Shown: positions 29,727 to 39,143 of the stretch, piece after piece
How positions within the stretch are numbered: position 1 is the first letter of the stretch
Layout: the number at the start of each line of letters is the position of its first letter
DNA from: a virus
Taxonomy: Duplodnaviria; Caudoviricetes
Strand: one strand, 5' to 3'
IMG/VR virus record: IMGVR_UViG_2933348407_000001
Span: 1 to 64,000 of that record
DNA length: 64,000 nt
Notes under the pieces: model-generated
What the model was told of the DNA's origin: nothing
What the model saw: only the letters and a program-made list of their open reading frames with translations
The model's database searches: none
Translations under genes and position numbers: made by a program

Positions 29727-29986
29727 GCACCACCCTCACCCCCGTTCGCGACACCAGCGCCCTCGAGCAGCGCGTCGCCCTGATCGCATGCGGTCAGCGT
29801 CCCGGTAAGACGCAGGCGTGCGCCACCCACCGGGGCAAGGGCGCCGCCCTGCTGAACATCGCCTCCACGGGCGCCGCGGACGCCCTCGCAGCGGCGATCT
29901 GCGGAACCGGGAAGGGGCCCGCCTGCCACGACTGCAAGGACAAGGCCGCGGAGATCATCAGCACCTACAACGAGGAGATCCGGTGA
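29723..29986 (+). CDS. Small Cys-containing hypothetical protein
   Basis: ATGA overlap; internal duplication IACG..ACATH / ICG..ACHDC. Confidence 0.6.
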   Translation: MSTTLTPVRDTSALEQRVALIACGQRPGKTQACATHRGKGAALLNIASTGAADALAAAICGTGKGPACHDCKDKAAEIISTYNEEIR

Positions 29987-30441
29987 CAACGGCCGTCGCG
30001 CTCCAGGATGCAGAGATCTTCGACGCGGACGGCACGCTCGTCGACGTCGCACCCATCCGACACCTGATCAAGGGCCCTGGCGGATTCACCGCCTTCCACC
30101 GGGCCAGCATCAACTGCCAACCGCACCAGTACGTCGTCGACGCCGCTCGCGAAGCCCACGCCAGAGGTCGGGCCGTACTCATCGTGACCGGCCGCGATCG
30201 ACGCTGGGAACGCCTGACGGCCATGTGGCTCGCCCTGCATGGTGTGCCGTCGGACGGGCTGTGGATGCGCGGCCGCGGCGACTACCGCCCGGACTACGTC
30301 ATCAAGCGGGAGCTGCTGCGCTCCATCCGCCGGAAGTACAACGTGGTCCGAGCCTGGGACGACAACCCGAACGTCATCCGTCTGTGGCAAGAGGAGAACA
30401 TCCCCGTCGAGGTGGTCCCCGGTTGGGTGGACGAGCAGTGA
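29983..30441 (+). CDS. HAD-family phosphatase (polynucleotide kinase 3'-phosphatase-like)
   Basis: FDADGTL, VTGR, MR..DYRPD..IK, WDD motifs. Confidence 0.85.
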   Translation: MTTAVALQDAEIFDADGTLVDVAPIRHLIKGPGGFTAFHRASINCQPHQYVVDAAREAHARGRAVLIVTGRDRRWERLTAMWLALHGVPSDGLWMRGRGDYRPDYVIKRELLRSIRRKYNVVRAWDDNPNVIRLWQEENIPVEVVPGWVDEQ

Positions 30442-30683
30442 GCCGGCCAGGGAACCACGAGATCACCGCCGCTGATCTGGCGAGGGGGGAGCTGTCCTAC
30501 GCGCTCCCCCTTGAAGGCTGGAGCGGCATGACGCTGCACTGCCAGGTCGACGCCATCGGCCCGTCCGAGCTGCACCCCGACCTGGTGAAGCTCGAGGTGT
30601 CGTTCCCGCCGGTCGCACGAGACCTGACGGTCCGACGGCTCGTCGACGACCAAGACCCCGTCTCTCCATCTCGCCGAGATTGA
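30438..30683 (+). CDS. Small hypothetical protein
   Basis: GTGA overlap, high GC3. Confidence 0.55.
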   Translation: MSRPGNHEITAADLARGELSYALPLEGWSGMTLHCQVDAIGPSELHPDLVKLEVSFPPVARDLTVRRLVDDQDPVSPSRRD

Positions 30684-30720
30684 CGAATCTCGGCGAGATC
30701 TTTCAATCTCCCCGAAAGAT
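30668..30720. repeat. Nested perfect inverted repeats
   Basis: ATCTCGCCGAGATT-gacg-AATCTCGGCGAGAT; then GATCTTTC..GAAAGATC. Confidence 0.7.
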
Positions 30721-30737
30721 CGGCACAATGAGGGCTG

Positions 30738-31019
30738 TTGCTGATCACGATGGGAGTACCGATGCCGGCCGAGACCGACTCGCCACGAGTCCTACGGCTC
30801 ACGTTCGAGTTCCACGTCCCGCGCGGCCTGCGGGTCAACATCCGGAACGACCGCCGTTTCACCGCCGTTGAGGCCCTGGTCGCCGCGGTGCAGAGCCTCG
30901 CTGGGCAGGTCTTCCCATGGGCCAGCAAGATGACGGTCCGGCACGAGTGGTCCTACGCCTGGTGGGACGAGACCCTGGAACGCGAGTTGCCGACCACGGA
31001 CAAGAACACACCGAAGTAG
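30738..31019 (+). CDS. Small hypothetical protein
   Basis: High GC3; start may be 30750 or 30762. Confidence 0.6.
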   Translation: MLITMGVPMPAETDSPRVLRLTFEFHVPRGLRVNIRNDRRFTAVEALVAAVQSLAGQVFPWASKMTVRHEWSYAWWDETLERELPTTDKNTPK

Positions 31020-31074
31020 CCGCAGCCGCGCGGCAGATCCAGAACCGAACACCTGGCGTCATGGCCAGACCCCA

Positions 31075-31121
31075 CCGGCGGAGAGCACCGCCGGAGTCCC
31101 GAACGAAGGAACACCGCGATG
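31075..31121 (+). repeat. Conserved hairpin+RBS leader, copy 4
   Basis: CCGGCGG-agagca-CCGCCGG AGTCCCGAACGAAGGAAC..ATG, opening a 20-codon ORF (31119-31181). Confidence 0.8.
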
Positions 31122-31187
31122 CCCTCGCGCAGTCCAGCCGCAGCCTCCCGCCGTCCGTCCGCCCTCACCCTGTCGAGGTGAGGTGAC

Positions 31188-33194
31188 GTGTTCCGACCTG
31201 CAGATGAGCAGTATCACGTCACCTCGCCCGTCGAGAAGATCCCTTCGGGGAGCCGTGTCCGCCAGGCCCTGGGCACCGTGTGCCGGCTGTGCGGCCGCCT
31301 CCGCTATGAGCTGATCCCTGCCGCGGCCACCACCGGCATGACGTGCCTGGGCTGGCTGCACCACGCCGTCGGTGTCGGCCTGGAGGGCTGGGGCGGGTAC
31401 GGCCTGGGCCTCACGGCCGCCGGCGCCCTGACGTACGGCGGGCTCAAGTTCAAGAACGCGCCCGCCGCATCCCTCGGCGTCGCCTCCACCGGCGCCCTCG
31501 TAAACACCGCGGTCGGCGCGATAACCGGCCCGTCCGTCCCGTCGCTCATCGCGGGCGGCGTCGTCACGATCGCCTCGTACGGCGTCTACGTCCCGTGGCT
31601 TATCAAGACCCGCCACGAGCGGATCGCCTTGCAGATCAAGGCCGCCAAGACCGCCCCTCTGCCCGACGGAATGGGCGTCAACGTCACCCAGCCCGGCGTA
31701 ACCGGCGACAGCGTCGAGGAGACTGCCCTGCGGCGTGCCCTGGTCGCCCTCGGCGTCCCCGCTCAGGACGTCTCCCGCATCGTGTTCACCGACACCGGAT
31801 GGCACGCCGCGGTGACGCTGCCGCCCGGCAAGAACACCTCCGCCGAGGCCGTCATCGCCAAGCAGACCCAGCTCGAGGCGAACCTCGACCTCCCCGGGAA
31901 GCTCCGCCTGGCCGTCGGCGCCCAAGCCAACCAGCTCATCGTCCGCATGCAGACGCACGACCCGCTCGCCGAGACGATCGTGTGGCCGGGTCCATCCATC
32001 AACTCGGTGGAGATGGCGCTGCCCATCGGGCTGTACCCCGACGGAGGGGGCATCTTCGTCGACCTGGTGGCCGGGCACGTCCTCATCGCGGGCGGCACGG
32101 ACATGGGCAAGTCCGGCGTCATCAACTGCGTGATCGGCAACCTCGTTGCGTGCGAGGACGCCGAGATCCTGGGCATCGACATGAAGCCCGGCGCGCTCGA
32201 ACTCGGCCCGTGGCGCCGCAACATGCTCGCCCTGGCCGACGACGCCGACGGCGCCCGCCAGGTCCTCACCATGGTCAAGGCGGAGATGATCCGCCGCGGC
32301 AAGTACCTGTCCACCCTCCGGGGCCCGAACGGCGAACCGGTCCGGAAATGGACGAGCGAGCACGGCCCGTACTGGATTCTGGTCGTCGACGAGCTTGCCG
32401 AGCTTCTGCGCCAGGCCCCGGACGTGGCCTCGGAGCTGGTCACGATCAACCAGGTGGCCCGCGCCATGGGTATCCGCGTGATCGCGGCCACGCAGTCCCC
32501 CAGCGAGCAGGCGTTCGGCGGCAAGGGCACGGACGCCCGGCAGCAGTACAGCACCCGCATCGGTCTGCCCGTGTTCGAGACCGAGCCCATCAACATGATC
32601 TTCGGCCGGGGCGCGTACGGCCGCGGGTGGCGCCTCGACTGGCTCGACCTGCCCGGCAAGGTCATGGTCTCGTCGCGGCGGTACGAGAAGCCCCGTGAGG
32701 GCCGCTGCTACTACGTGACGGACGGCGACATCGTCGTCGTCTCCACGGAGCACGCCCGGTACGAGGACGAGGAGCCCGCCGAGCCCGCGCGGCCGCACCC
32801 GCAGCATGAGCCGGACCCCGACCCTGAGCCGCCGGGCCCCCCGCCCGGCGGTGGCGGTGGGGGCCCGCGCGGCGGCCGGCCTCACCTCCGGCCCGTGCCG
32901 ACCTTCCCGGACGGCTCCCGCATCCCCGACAACCGCATTGCGCTGTGGGAGGCCCTGCAGAAGGCAGGCCCCGACGGTGTGACGAAGCCCGAACTCGTCG
33001 CTGACGGAATCGTCGGGCACGGCTCCAGTGCCACCCAGCCGCTCACGCGGTGGACCAAGCAGGGGTGGCTGGACGACTCCGGCAAGCGCGGCCAGGCCAA
33101 GGTCTGGCGCTTGGTCGCCGCAGCCCACACCCCCCGCCCCGAAGCGACGAGCAGCACCGATGAGGAGAACTCCGCATGTCCCGCAAGCCTGTAG
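31188..33194 (+). CDS. traB: Conjugative DNA translocase, FtsK/SpoIIIE family (Streptomyces TraB-like)
   Basis: N-terminal TM segments, Walker A GGTDMGKS, Walker B LVVDELAE, AATQSP, Pro/Gly linker, C-terminal wHTH-like domain. Confidence 0.85.
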   Translation: MFRPADEQYHVTSPVEKIPSGSRVRQALGTVCRLCGRLRYELIPAAATTGMTCLGWLHHAVGVGLEGWGGYGLGLTAAGALTYGGLKFKNAPAASLGVASTGALVNTAVGAITGPSVPSLIAGGVVTIASYGVYVPWLIKTRHERIALQIKAAKTAPLPDGMGVNVTQPGVTGDSVEETALRRALVALGVPAQDVSRIVFTDTGWHAAVTLPPGKNTSAEAVIAKQTQLEANLDLPGKLRLAVGAQANQLIVRMQTHDPLAETIVWPGPSINSVEMALPIGLYPDGGGIFVDLVAGHVLIAGGTDMGKSGVINCVIGNLVACEDAEILGIDMKPGALELGPWRRNMLALADDADGARQVLTMVKAEMIRRGKYLSTLRGPNGEPVRKWTSEHGPYWILVVDELAELLRQAPDVASELVTINQVARAMGIRVIAATQSPSEQAFGGKGTDARQQYSTRIGLPVFETEPINMIFGRGAYGRGWRLDWLDLPGKVMVSSRRYEKPREGRCYYVTDGDIVVVSTEHARYEDEEPAEPARPHPQHEPDPDPEPPGPPPGGGGGGPRGGRPHLRPVPTFPDGSRIPDNRIALWEALQKAGPDGVTKPELVADGIVGHGSSATQPLTRWTKQGWLDDSGKRGQAKVWRLVAAAHTPRPEATSSTDEENSACPASL

Positions 33195-33502
33195 TACCGA
33201 CCAACGTCTACCCGGGCATCATGGCGTCCCACATGCCCGTCGAGCAGTACCAGGCGGCGCACGGCTGCACCTGCGGGCACTCGCACGGCCACGGTCAGGC
33301 GCCTGTCCAGCAGATCATCATCAAGCAGTCCGACCCGTGGGTCCGGTACATGGCGATCGGCTTCGCCGGGGCCAGCATCGGCCTCCTGGTCCTCGCCAGC
33401 GTAGTGGCGACGCTGATCGCCGCCGGCCTGTGCGCCCTGTGCATCGCGGTCGCCACCTGGGCAATAAGGGCCCTGCTCAGCGGCCGCAAGGACTCCAAGT
33501 AG
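33176..33502 (+). CDS. Spread (Spd)-like membrane protein
   Basis: Directly after traB; long hydrophobic C-terminal half. Confidence 0.6.
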   Translation: MSRKPVVPTNVYPGIMASHMPVEQYQAAHGCTCGHSHGHGQAPVQQIIIKQSDPWVRYMAIGFAGASIGLLVLASVVATLIAAGLCALCIAVATWAIRALLSGRKDSK

Positions 33503-33527
33503 CCGTAGCGCGCGCCTGCTTCGGGGA

Positions 33528-33557
33528 AGGGCCCTGGCCGACCGGCCGGGGCCTTTG
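33528..33557 (+). terminator. Hairpin terminator
   Basis: aagggccctggccg-a-ccggccggggccttt. Confidence 0.55.
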
Positions 33558-33596
33558 GCGTGTGCGTGTCGGAGGGCCGTGCGATGATCCTCCGTC

Positions 33597-34052
33597 ATGG
33601 GGAGATACACATGGGGGAAGAGGGTCGCCGGGCTGTTCCTGGCCGCGACCATGGCGGCCGTGAGCGGTTGCAGCAGCTCGGACGACGAGAGCGACGCGAA
33701 GCCGACCGCGAAGGCGAAGACGGTGAGCGTGGAGGCCGCGTCTACCAGGTTCCAGGATGCGGTGACGAAGTTCGACACGGACGGCGGGTGCCTGGAGCAG
33801 GAGCCCGGTACGTGCTGGAAGCAGATGACCGCCCTGATGGAGCCCGCGCGCGACCTGCGGAAAGCGATGAACACGGAGAAGTCCGTGGGCGCCGACTTCT
33901 GGACGGACGCGTACGCCCTGATCGAAACCATGGAGGACGGCATCGCCGTGGGTGAGGACCAGGGCGCCACGGCGTACGGCACGAACCGGCCGAAGGTGCT
34001 TGGGTCCGCGCACGACTTGTCCGACTGGCTCGACGAGAACCCGATCAAGTAG
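33597..34052 (+). CDS. Lipoprotein
   Basis: Signal peptide with lipobox VSGC. Confidence 0.75.
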   Translation: MGRYTWGKRVAGLFLAATMAAVSGCSSSDDESDAKPTAKAKTVSVEAASTRFQDAVTKFDTDGGCLEQEPGTCWKQMTALMEPARDLRKAMNTEKSVGADFWTDAYALIETMEDGIAVGEDQGATAYGTNRPKVLGSAHDLSDWLDENPIK

Positions 34053-34104
34053 CAGAAACTAAGCGGCATCCGCGCGCGGCCGGGGCCCGCCGGATGCCGC
34101 CGGC

Positions 34105-34599
34105 CTACTCGCCCTTCGGCTTCCCCGCGGCCAGCCGGGGGGCGAGCCGGGCGCACCGCGCGGCGTACGCGGACAGGTGCTTGGCCTCGAACTCCGCGGC
34201 GTTCCAGTCCTCGTCGAGGACGTCGCCGCCCGGCCAGATGTAGGCCCACCCGGTCGCACCGGTGGACAGGGTCACTTCACGAAGGTCGTACTGCTCGTCC
34301 TCGAACGCGTCGAGGATGCGCCACTCCTCATTGCTCAGGTCGGTCAGGACCACCCCGGACGCGGAGCCACCGAGAGCGCGCACGACGAGCCCGGGATAGA
34401 GGCGGTCCACGAGCGCAGCCGCGCGGTACCCGGGAGCAGCCGCCGGGGCCTGCTCGGGTACCCGCCCCAACAGGGCCTTGAGGACGGCGGCGAACTGAAG
34501 CGTGCCGTAGCAGAACAGCACGTCGGGGTGTTGCGCGAGTCGGTCCCGGCGACCAGAGGTCTCCGAGACCGGGGCGGGGCTGGTTATCGTCTGGATCAT
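34105..34599 (-). CDS. Gamma-glutamylcyclotransferase (AIG2-like)
   Basis: LFCYGTLQ, YPGL, LDAFE..Y, AYIW. Confidence 0.85.
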   Translation of the reverse strand: MIQTITSPAPVSETSGRRDRLAQHPDVLFCYGTLQFAAVLKALLGRVPEQAPAAAPGYRAAALVDRLYPGLVVRALGGSASGVVLTDLSNEEWRILDAFEDEQYDLREVTLSTGATGWAYIWPGGDVLDEDWNAAEFEAKHLSAYAARCARLAPRLAAGKPKGE

Positions 34600-34612
34600 T
34601 GGCGTTCCGGTT

Positions 34613-35185
34613 TCAGGGAGAGGGCAGGTACATCGCGTCGTAGACGGGCGATTCTGGGGCGTGCTTGATCTGTCCCATAATCGTGTACCCCCACCGCAGG
34701 TATGCATCGTGGGCAGGCTGGTTATCGACGATGCACGTCAGTGCCGTGACGGTCTCCGCGCGGCCAGCAATGACCGTGTCGTGGATCTGGCGGCCGAGCC
34801 CCTTGTTCTGGAACTCGGGCAGCACCATCAGTTCCCGGAGCCAGAAGATTCCGCCGGCGTCGGCCAGGACGACGAGGTCGTTCGGCCGCCTGTTGCCAAG
34901 TGACGTCCACCAGGGCTTGTCTGCGGGCAAGGTCGCGCCGTGCACGTACCCGATGATTCGGCCGTCCTGCCAGGCAGTCACGGTCTCGAACCCCGGGCTG
35001 TCGAACGCCATCTCCAGTCGCTCCCGGAAGGAGTCGGCAGAGAAGAATGGGTCTCCGATGTACGGCGGGACGTCGTACACGTGGGCGTAGACGTCGACCA
35101 GCTCGGAGGTTATGCCCATCGCCGACTTAGCATCGTGCCGCTGGAACTGCGGTGCCACTGTGTGCACTCTCCTTTTCTCGCTCAC
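34613..35185 (-). CDS. GNAT acetyltransferase
   Basis: ELMVLPEFQNKGLGR acetyl-CoA motif; NQPA..AYLRWGY. Confidence 0.88.
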   Translation of the reverse strand: MSEKRRVHTVAPQFQRHDAKSAMGITSELVDVYAHVYDVPPYIGDPFFSADSFRERLEMAFDSPGFETVTAWQDGRIIGYVHGATLPADKPWWTSLGNRRPNDLVVLADAGGIFWLRELMVLPEFQNKGLGRQIHDTVIAGRAETVTALTCIVDNQPAHDAYLRWGYTIMGQIKHAPESPVYDAMYLPSP

Positions 35186-36525
35186 GCGACGTGAGCCCGG
35201 ATCTGTTCAAGCAAGTCCCCCACCCCGCGGGCGCGCTGATGGGGGAGCATCCCGTTATGGACGATCTTCAACTGCGCGGCGGTCCGAGTCGAGGACATGC
35301 CGCTCTCGACTAGCCGTAGGGCTTCGGTGGCAGCCGCAAGGCCGTGATCGACGTCACCGTTCTCCACGGCCGCGACCGAGAGCCGACCGAGGCACATCCC
35401 GCGGTTCCGGGAATGGGCGGCATCCTGCATCGCCTCAGACCGGGCCAGTAGCGCCTGCGCGCGGGCCGTTTGGCCAAGGTCGAGGCGGCACATGCCTTCA
35501 AGGCAGGTCAGCTCCGCGAGGTTGAGGAACAGGGCCCAGTCCGGATCTCGCTCGTCGCCACCGCGCTCCCACTCCTTCCAGGCCCGCTTGATGGCAGCCT
35601 CGCAGTTGAAAGTGTCACCGAGGCGGGCGTAACCCTGTGCCTCTCGGATCGCGAGGAGAGCTATGACGCGGGTGGGCGCATCCCACAGTTCCGCATGCCG
35701 CTGTCCGAGCTTGGCGAAGCGCACGGCCTCACGGCCCTTGTTCAGGTCGACGGCCTGTCGGGACATGTTGCTCAACGTGCGGCTGGCCAGCTTGTCGTCG
35801 CTGGTGTAGTTGGCCGCGTTCAGGGCCTCGGAGAAGTATTGGCGGGCCTTGTCCTGGAGGCCGGCGTCGTAGCAGAACCATCCGAGCGATGTCGTGAGCT
35901 TGCCCGCCAAAGCATGGAGCTGCTGGCCCAGGGCGTCATCGTAGATACCTCGGTCGATCATGTGGTGAGTCCAGAGCAGGTGCGCCCGGGTCGGCCGCCA
36001 CAGCCTGTTGGCGCCGAACTGCTGGTCGATCGCGTAGTTGTCATCCGCAGCGGCCGAAAGGAATGACACTTCTTCCGGGACGATCCGCCACTCGCCGGAC
36101 CGGTCAGTGCCGGTAGTGGTCTCGGCCAGCCACGGCGGCGGCGCCTCGTCGGTGAGAGGGGCCGGGCCGGTGGCAACCAACAAGGGGCCGACTGCGGGCT
36201 CTTGGGTGATCAGGGGCACTGGGGTGAGCACGATGGGGCCACCATCGCTCTTGGCCCCCCGTGGCCGCAGACCTAGCTCCTCGACGGGGCGCTTCCAGTA
36301 GGCGGCCAGCACCGCGCGGGCGTCGGGGTGCGGCCACGGAGGAGGCTCCTTGCTCTCCCACTTCGAGAGCTGGCGGACGGTGAAGGTGGGGAGCTTGCCT
36401 ATCCGCCGCTCGGCGAAGAGGCGCTTGGCAAGGGTGGTGAGGTGGTCGACCATCTCCTCTTGCGTCAGGTTCGCGTGCTCGCGTAACCGCTTGAGTTCAC
36501 GCATCTCCACCGCCCCCATCGCCAT
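35182..36525 (-). CDS. XRE-HTH plus TPR-like transcriptional regulator
   Basis: LKRLREHANLTQEE..LSKWE N-terminus; LGWFCYDAG and helical repeats typical of Streptomyces regulators. Confidence 0.8.
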   Translation of the reverse strand: MAMGAVEMRELKRLREHANLTQEEMVDHLTTLAKRLFAERRIGKLPTFTVRQLSKWESKEPPPWPHPDARAVLAAYWKRPVEELGLRPRGAKSDGGPIVLTPVPLITQEPAVGPLLVATGPAPLTDEAPPPWLAETTTGTDRSGEWRIVPEEVSFLSAAADDNYAIDQQFGANRLWRPTRAHLLWTHHMIDRGIYDDALGQQLHALAGKLTTSLGWFCYDAGLQDKARQYFSEALNAANYTSDDKLASRTLSNMSRQAVDLNKGREAVRFAKLGQRHAELWDAPTRVIALLAIREAQGYARLGDTFNCEAAIKRAWKEWERGGDERDPDWALFLNLAELTCLEGMCRLDLGQTARAQALLARSEAMQDAAHSRNRGMCLGRLSVAAVENGDVDHGLAAATEALRLVESGMSSTRTAAQLKIVHNGMLPHQRARGVGDLLEQIRAHVA

Positions 36526-36598
36526 CTGGTCCGCCTCACGGTAGCGACTCCCGTGGCGGTGCGTGAGGGTTCGTCAACTGAACGCCCTGGTCAGGAGG

Positions 36599-36632
36599 AA
36601 AGGGCGGGCGAAAGGGCGGGCAAAGGGCGGGT
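36599..36632. promoter_or_regulatory. Direct repeats in divergent intergenic region, possible operator
   Basis: AAAGGGCGGG(C/T) three times at 11-12 bp spacing. Confidence 0.5.
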
Positions 36633-36741
36633 AGGAGGCGGGCAGAGTTCCGGCGAAAAGACCTGTTCACCGCCTGGCGTCTTCGCTGCACTGGGTCACG
36701 CCGCACACACCGCGTGTGCCGTCGTGATGCCGGGAGGGCTC

Positions 36742-37341
36742 ATGAAGACCCGCGAGATCGCCGAGCACGAGGCCGTGTCCGCGTGGCTCTCCGCGGCGAC
36801 GGCACACCCGGAGACGGCCACCGCCCGCTGGCACCAGAACCCCCACCTACCGCGGCGCCTCGGGTGCGGCGTGACCTTCGACATCGTGCTGTCTGATCGA
36901 TCCCTGGTCGAGGCGGCGTATCAGCTTCTCGACCAGTACGAGCAGCCGCTCGGGCCCGCCGTGCTGTTCTCCAACCTTCGCTCCGCAGCCGTGCTGGTCC
37001 CGCGCGGCACAGCGGCGGGCTGGTACGGCCTGATGGCAGCCTCACAGTGGCCCGAACGGCTCCCCCGGCCGGCATGCCTTGGCGAGGGGCACGCGATTCT
37101 CGTGCCCGCGCTCGTCCCTCGGCCGACGGCAGGGCTCGTGCGCTGGCTGGTCCCTCCCGACGGCGAACAGTCCGTCGGCGGGACGCCGCTGCTCACCAGC
37201 CCCGTTCCGCTCGCACGATGCCTCTCCGAGGCGGGCGCCCTCCTCGCGCCCGTGGAGCGGACTCCCCTCAGCAGGGCCGTGTCGGCAGTCAGGTCGGTCC
37301 TGCCGTCGCCGTCAGTCCTGCCATCCCCCAAGAGGACGTGA
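36742..37341 (+). CDS. Hypothetical protein (degenerate prim-pol-like)
   Basis: WL..A..P, GVTFDIV, GPAV, LVP, WLVPPDG..LT pattern common in Streptomyces. Confidence 0.55.
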   Translation: MKTREIAEHEAVSAWLSAATAHPETATARWHQNPHLPRRLGCGVTFDIVLSDRSLVEAAYQLLDQYEQPLGPAVLFSNLRSAAVLVPRGTAAGWYGLMAASQWPERLPRPACLGEGHAILVPALVPRPTAGLVRWLVPPDGEQSVGGTPLLTSPVPLARCLSEAGALLAPVERTPLSRAVSAVRSVLPSPSVLPSPKRT

Positions 37342-37817
37342 TGACGACGACAGCCGTACCACCGTCCCGCGCGGTCCCCCTCCGCGACACGGACCTGATG
37401 GACCAGTGGATCGACGTCGCGCCCCACCGCGGTAACGGCCCGCTCCGCAAGGCAGACGCCCACCGCGTACGCGTCCTACGCAGGATCGCCGCCGCCCAAG
37501 TCCGCTACTACGGCCTGGAAGACCTGATCGACGAGGTGATGCTCCTCGTCTCCGAGTTGGTGACCAACGCGGTACTGCACAGCGGAACCGACAGGGTTGG
37601 CCTGGTGATGGCCGTACGAGACGGCTTCCTGCACATCGACGTCATCGACGGCGTGCCTGGTCACGCGACGCCCAGACAGGTGAGCGCCAACGCCGAGTCG
37701 GGGCGCGGCCTCGCCCTGGTCGAAGCCGTGGTCACAGAGTGCGGCGGGACCTGGGGGACGAGCGACGCCGGCGCGAAGACCTGGTGCCGCCTCGCCTTGC
37801 CGGAGGAGTCGCAGTGA
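37341..37817 (+). CDS. HATPase_c-like ATP-binding protein (anti-sigma-like)
   Basis: VSELVTNAVLH, VID, ESGRGLALV, WG..KTWC. Confidence 0.85.
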   Translation: MTTTAVPPSRAVPLRDTDLMDQWIDVAPHRGNGPLRKADAHRVRVLRRIAAAQVRYYGLEDLIDEVMLLVSELVTNAVLHSGTDRVGLVMAVRDGFLHIDVIDGVPGHATPRQVSANAESGRGLALVEAVVTECGGTWGTSDAGAKTWCRLALPEESQ

Positions 37818-38245
37818 CGGCTATCCCCGCTCTGGCCCCCGGTTGGGCTCATCCCGTACGTGCGGCCGTGCCGCCCTTCACCGAGGCCGGACTGAAAAGG
37901 GTCCTGGAGAAGGTGCAGCGGTGGGCCCCGTACGTCGACGGCTCCTTACTCGACGACGTTGCGGCCGTCCTGGACGACTACACGCCCCCCGAGGACGAGG
38001 TCGAGGAGCACGCGCAGCGGCTCCGCGGCCACCTGATGCGACTCGTCAATCTCGCCCTCACCTCCCAGATGGACCAGAAGGACCAGCGAATAGCCGACCT
38101 CGTCGAGCGGGGCCGCACCATCCGATCCGAGGAAGTACCCAGCGACCACCGCCGGGCCGTCGGACACGTCCGACAGATGGCGTGGACGCTCAACGAACTC
38201 CTCGAACTGCTGGTGAAGAACCAGTGCCTTACGGAGGAGCCGTGA
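37814..38245 (+). CDS. Helical hypothetical protein (DUF6415-like)
   Basis: LRGHLMRLV..GHVRQMA..ELL pattern; coupled gene. Confidence 0.55.
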   Translation: MTAIPALAPGWAHPVRAAVPPFTEAGLKRVLEKVQRWAPYVDGSLLDDVAAVLDDYTPPEDEVEEHAQRLRGHLMRLVNLALTSQMDQKDQRIADLVERGRTIRSEEVPSDHRRAVGHVRQMAWTLNELLELLVKNQCLTEEP

Positions 38246-38952
38246 CCTTCCCGTCCCTCAGACTCGCGTACAACCCGCGGGCCATAGACCCTCGGGCCCC
38301 GCGCCTGTCCCTAGTTCCCTACATCACCCAGAGGGCCGGGGAAGACGCAGCGCCAGAAAACCTCTTCATCATCCGGCACTCGTCCGGCCCGCGGCTGTAC
38401 TACCGAGACGAGGACCCCAGGGATCGAGACCCGCGAGGCGCCCTGTGGGCCCGGTGCGGCTGGAACCCCGTCGACGCGCAAGGCAGAATCACCGGCGAAC
38501 CGCAATGGAAGCTGATGCACCCCCACCGGCAAATGGTGTGCATGCAGACGATGCTCTGTCAGATCTGCTCGCTCCCCGCCCGGACGCCGCTCGGCTTCAT
38601 CTTCCTCGCCGGCCCCAGGGACCACGACCCAACCCAGGCGAGCATCCTCACGAATCAGCCGCCCGTGTGCCGCAAGCACGCCCGTGCAGCCGCGAAGCTC
38701 TGTCCTCACCTGGAGGACAACCCGATGGTGTTCCTGGCCAGGAGCGCGCCCTTATACGGCGTGCACGGCACCCTGTACGGCCTCGACGACGGAGGCGTGA
38801 AGGTCGTCGCCCAGCCGGACGCGCCGTTGCCGTACGGCCACGCGAACATCGGGACGTTTCTCGCCTCGCAGTTGGTTCGCCGCCTCCAGTCGTTCCGCAC
38901 CGTCGGCCTCGACGAGCTGCTCGAGGACCTGGCGGCGCCCGCCGCCGCATAG
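38242..38952 (+). CDS. Hypothetical zinc-binding protein
   Basis: VPYIT..W..HPHRQ..CM..LCQIC..PPVC..H..CPHL. Confidence 0.65.
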   Translation: MTFPSLRLAYNPRAIDPRAPRLSLVPYITQRAGEDAAPENLFIIRHSSGPRLYYRDEDPRDRDPRGALWARCGWNPVDAQGRITGEPQWKLMHPHRQMVCMQTMLCQICSLPARTPLGFIFLAGPRDHDPTQASILTNQPPVCRKHARAAAKLCPHLEDNPMVFLARSAPLYGVHGTLYGLDDGGVKVVAQPDAPLPYGHANIGTFLASQLVRRLQSFRTVGLDELLEDLAAPAAA

Positions 38953-39002
38953 ACCCCTGCCTGGTGACCACACGACCGGCTCTGTGGCCATCAGGCAGGC
39001 AG

Positions 39003-39084
39003 CAAGCTCCGCCCGTAGACAACGGCATTCGGCGCGGGCGGAGGAACGGCGCTGGGGCCCACATCCCCCATAGGCCCCAGCGCC
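39003..39084 (+). repeat. Structured intergenic element, copy 1
   Basis: Two hairpins, homologous to 41058-41138. Confidence 0.7.
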
Positions 39085-39143
39085 AGCCGGACGTTCAGAA
39101 CGGCATCCGAAGACACCTCAAGCCCCCGAAGGGGAGGAACCTG

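Noticed and set aside
31059-33128. 689-aa antisense ORF over traB
   Set aside because: Shadow ORF
33195-33600. clt-type 8-bp TraB recognition repeats near traB
   Set aside because: No tandem 8-mer array visible here; may lie elsewhere
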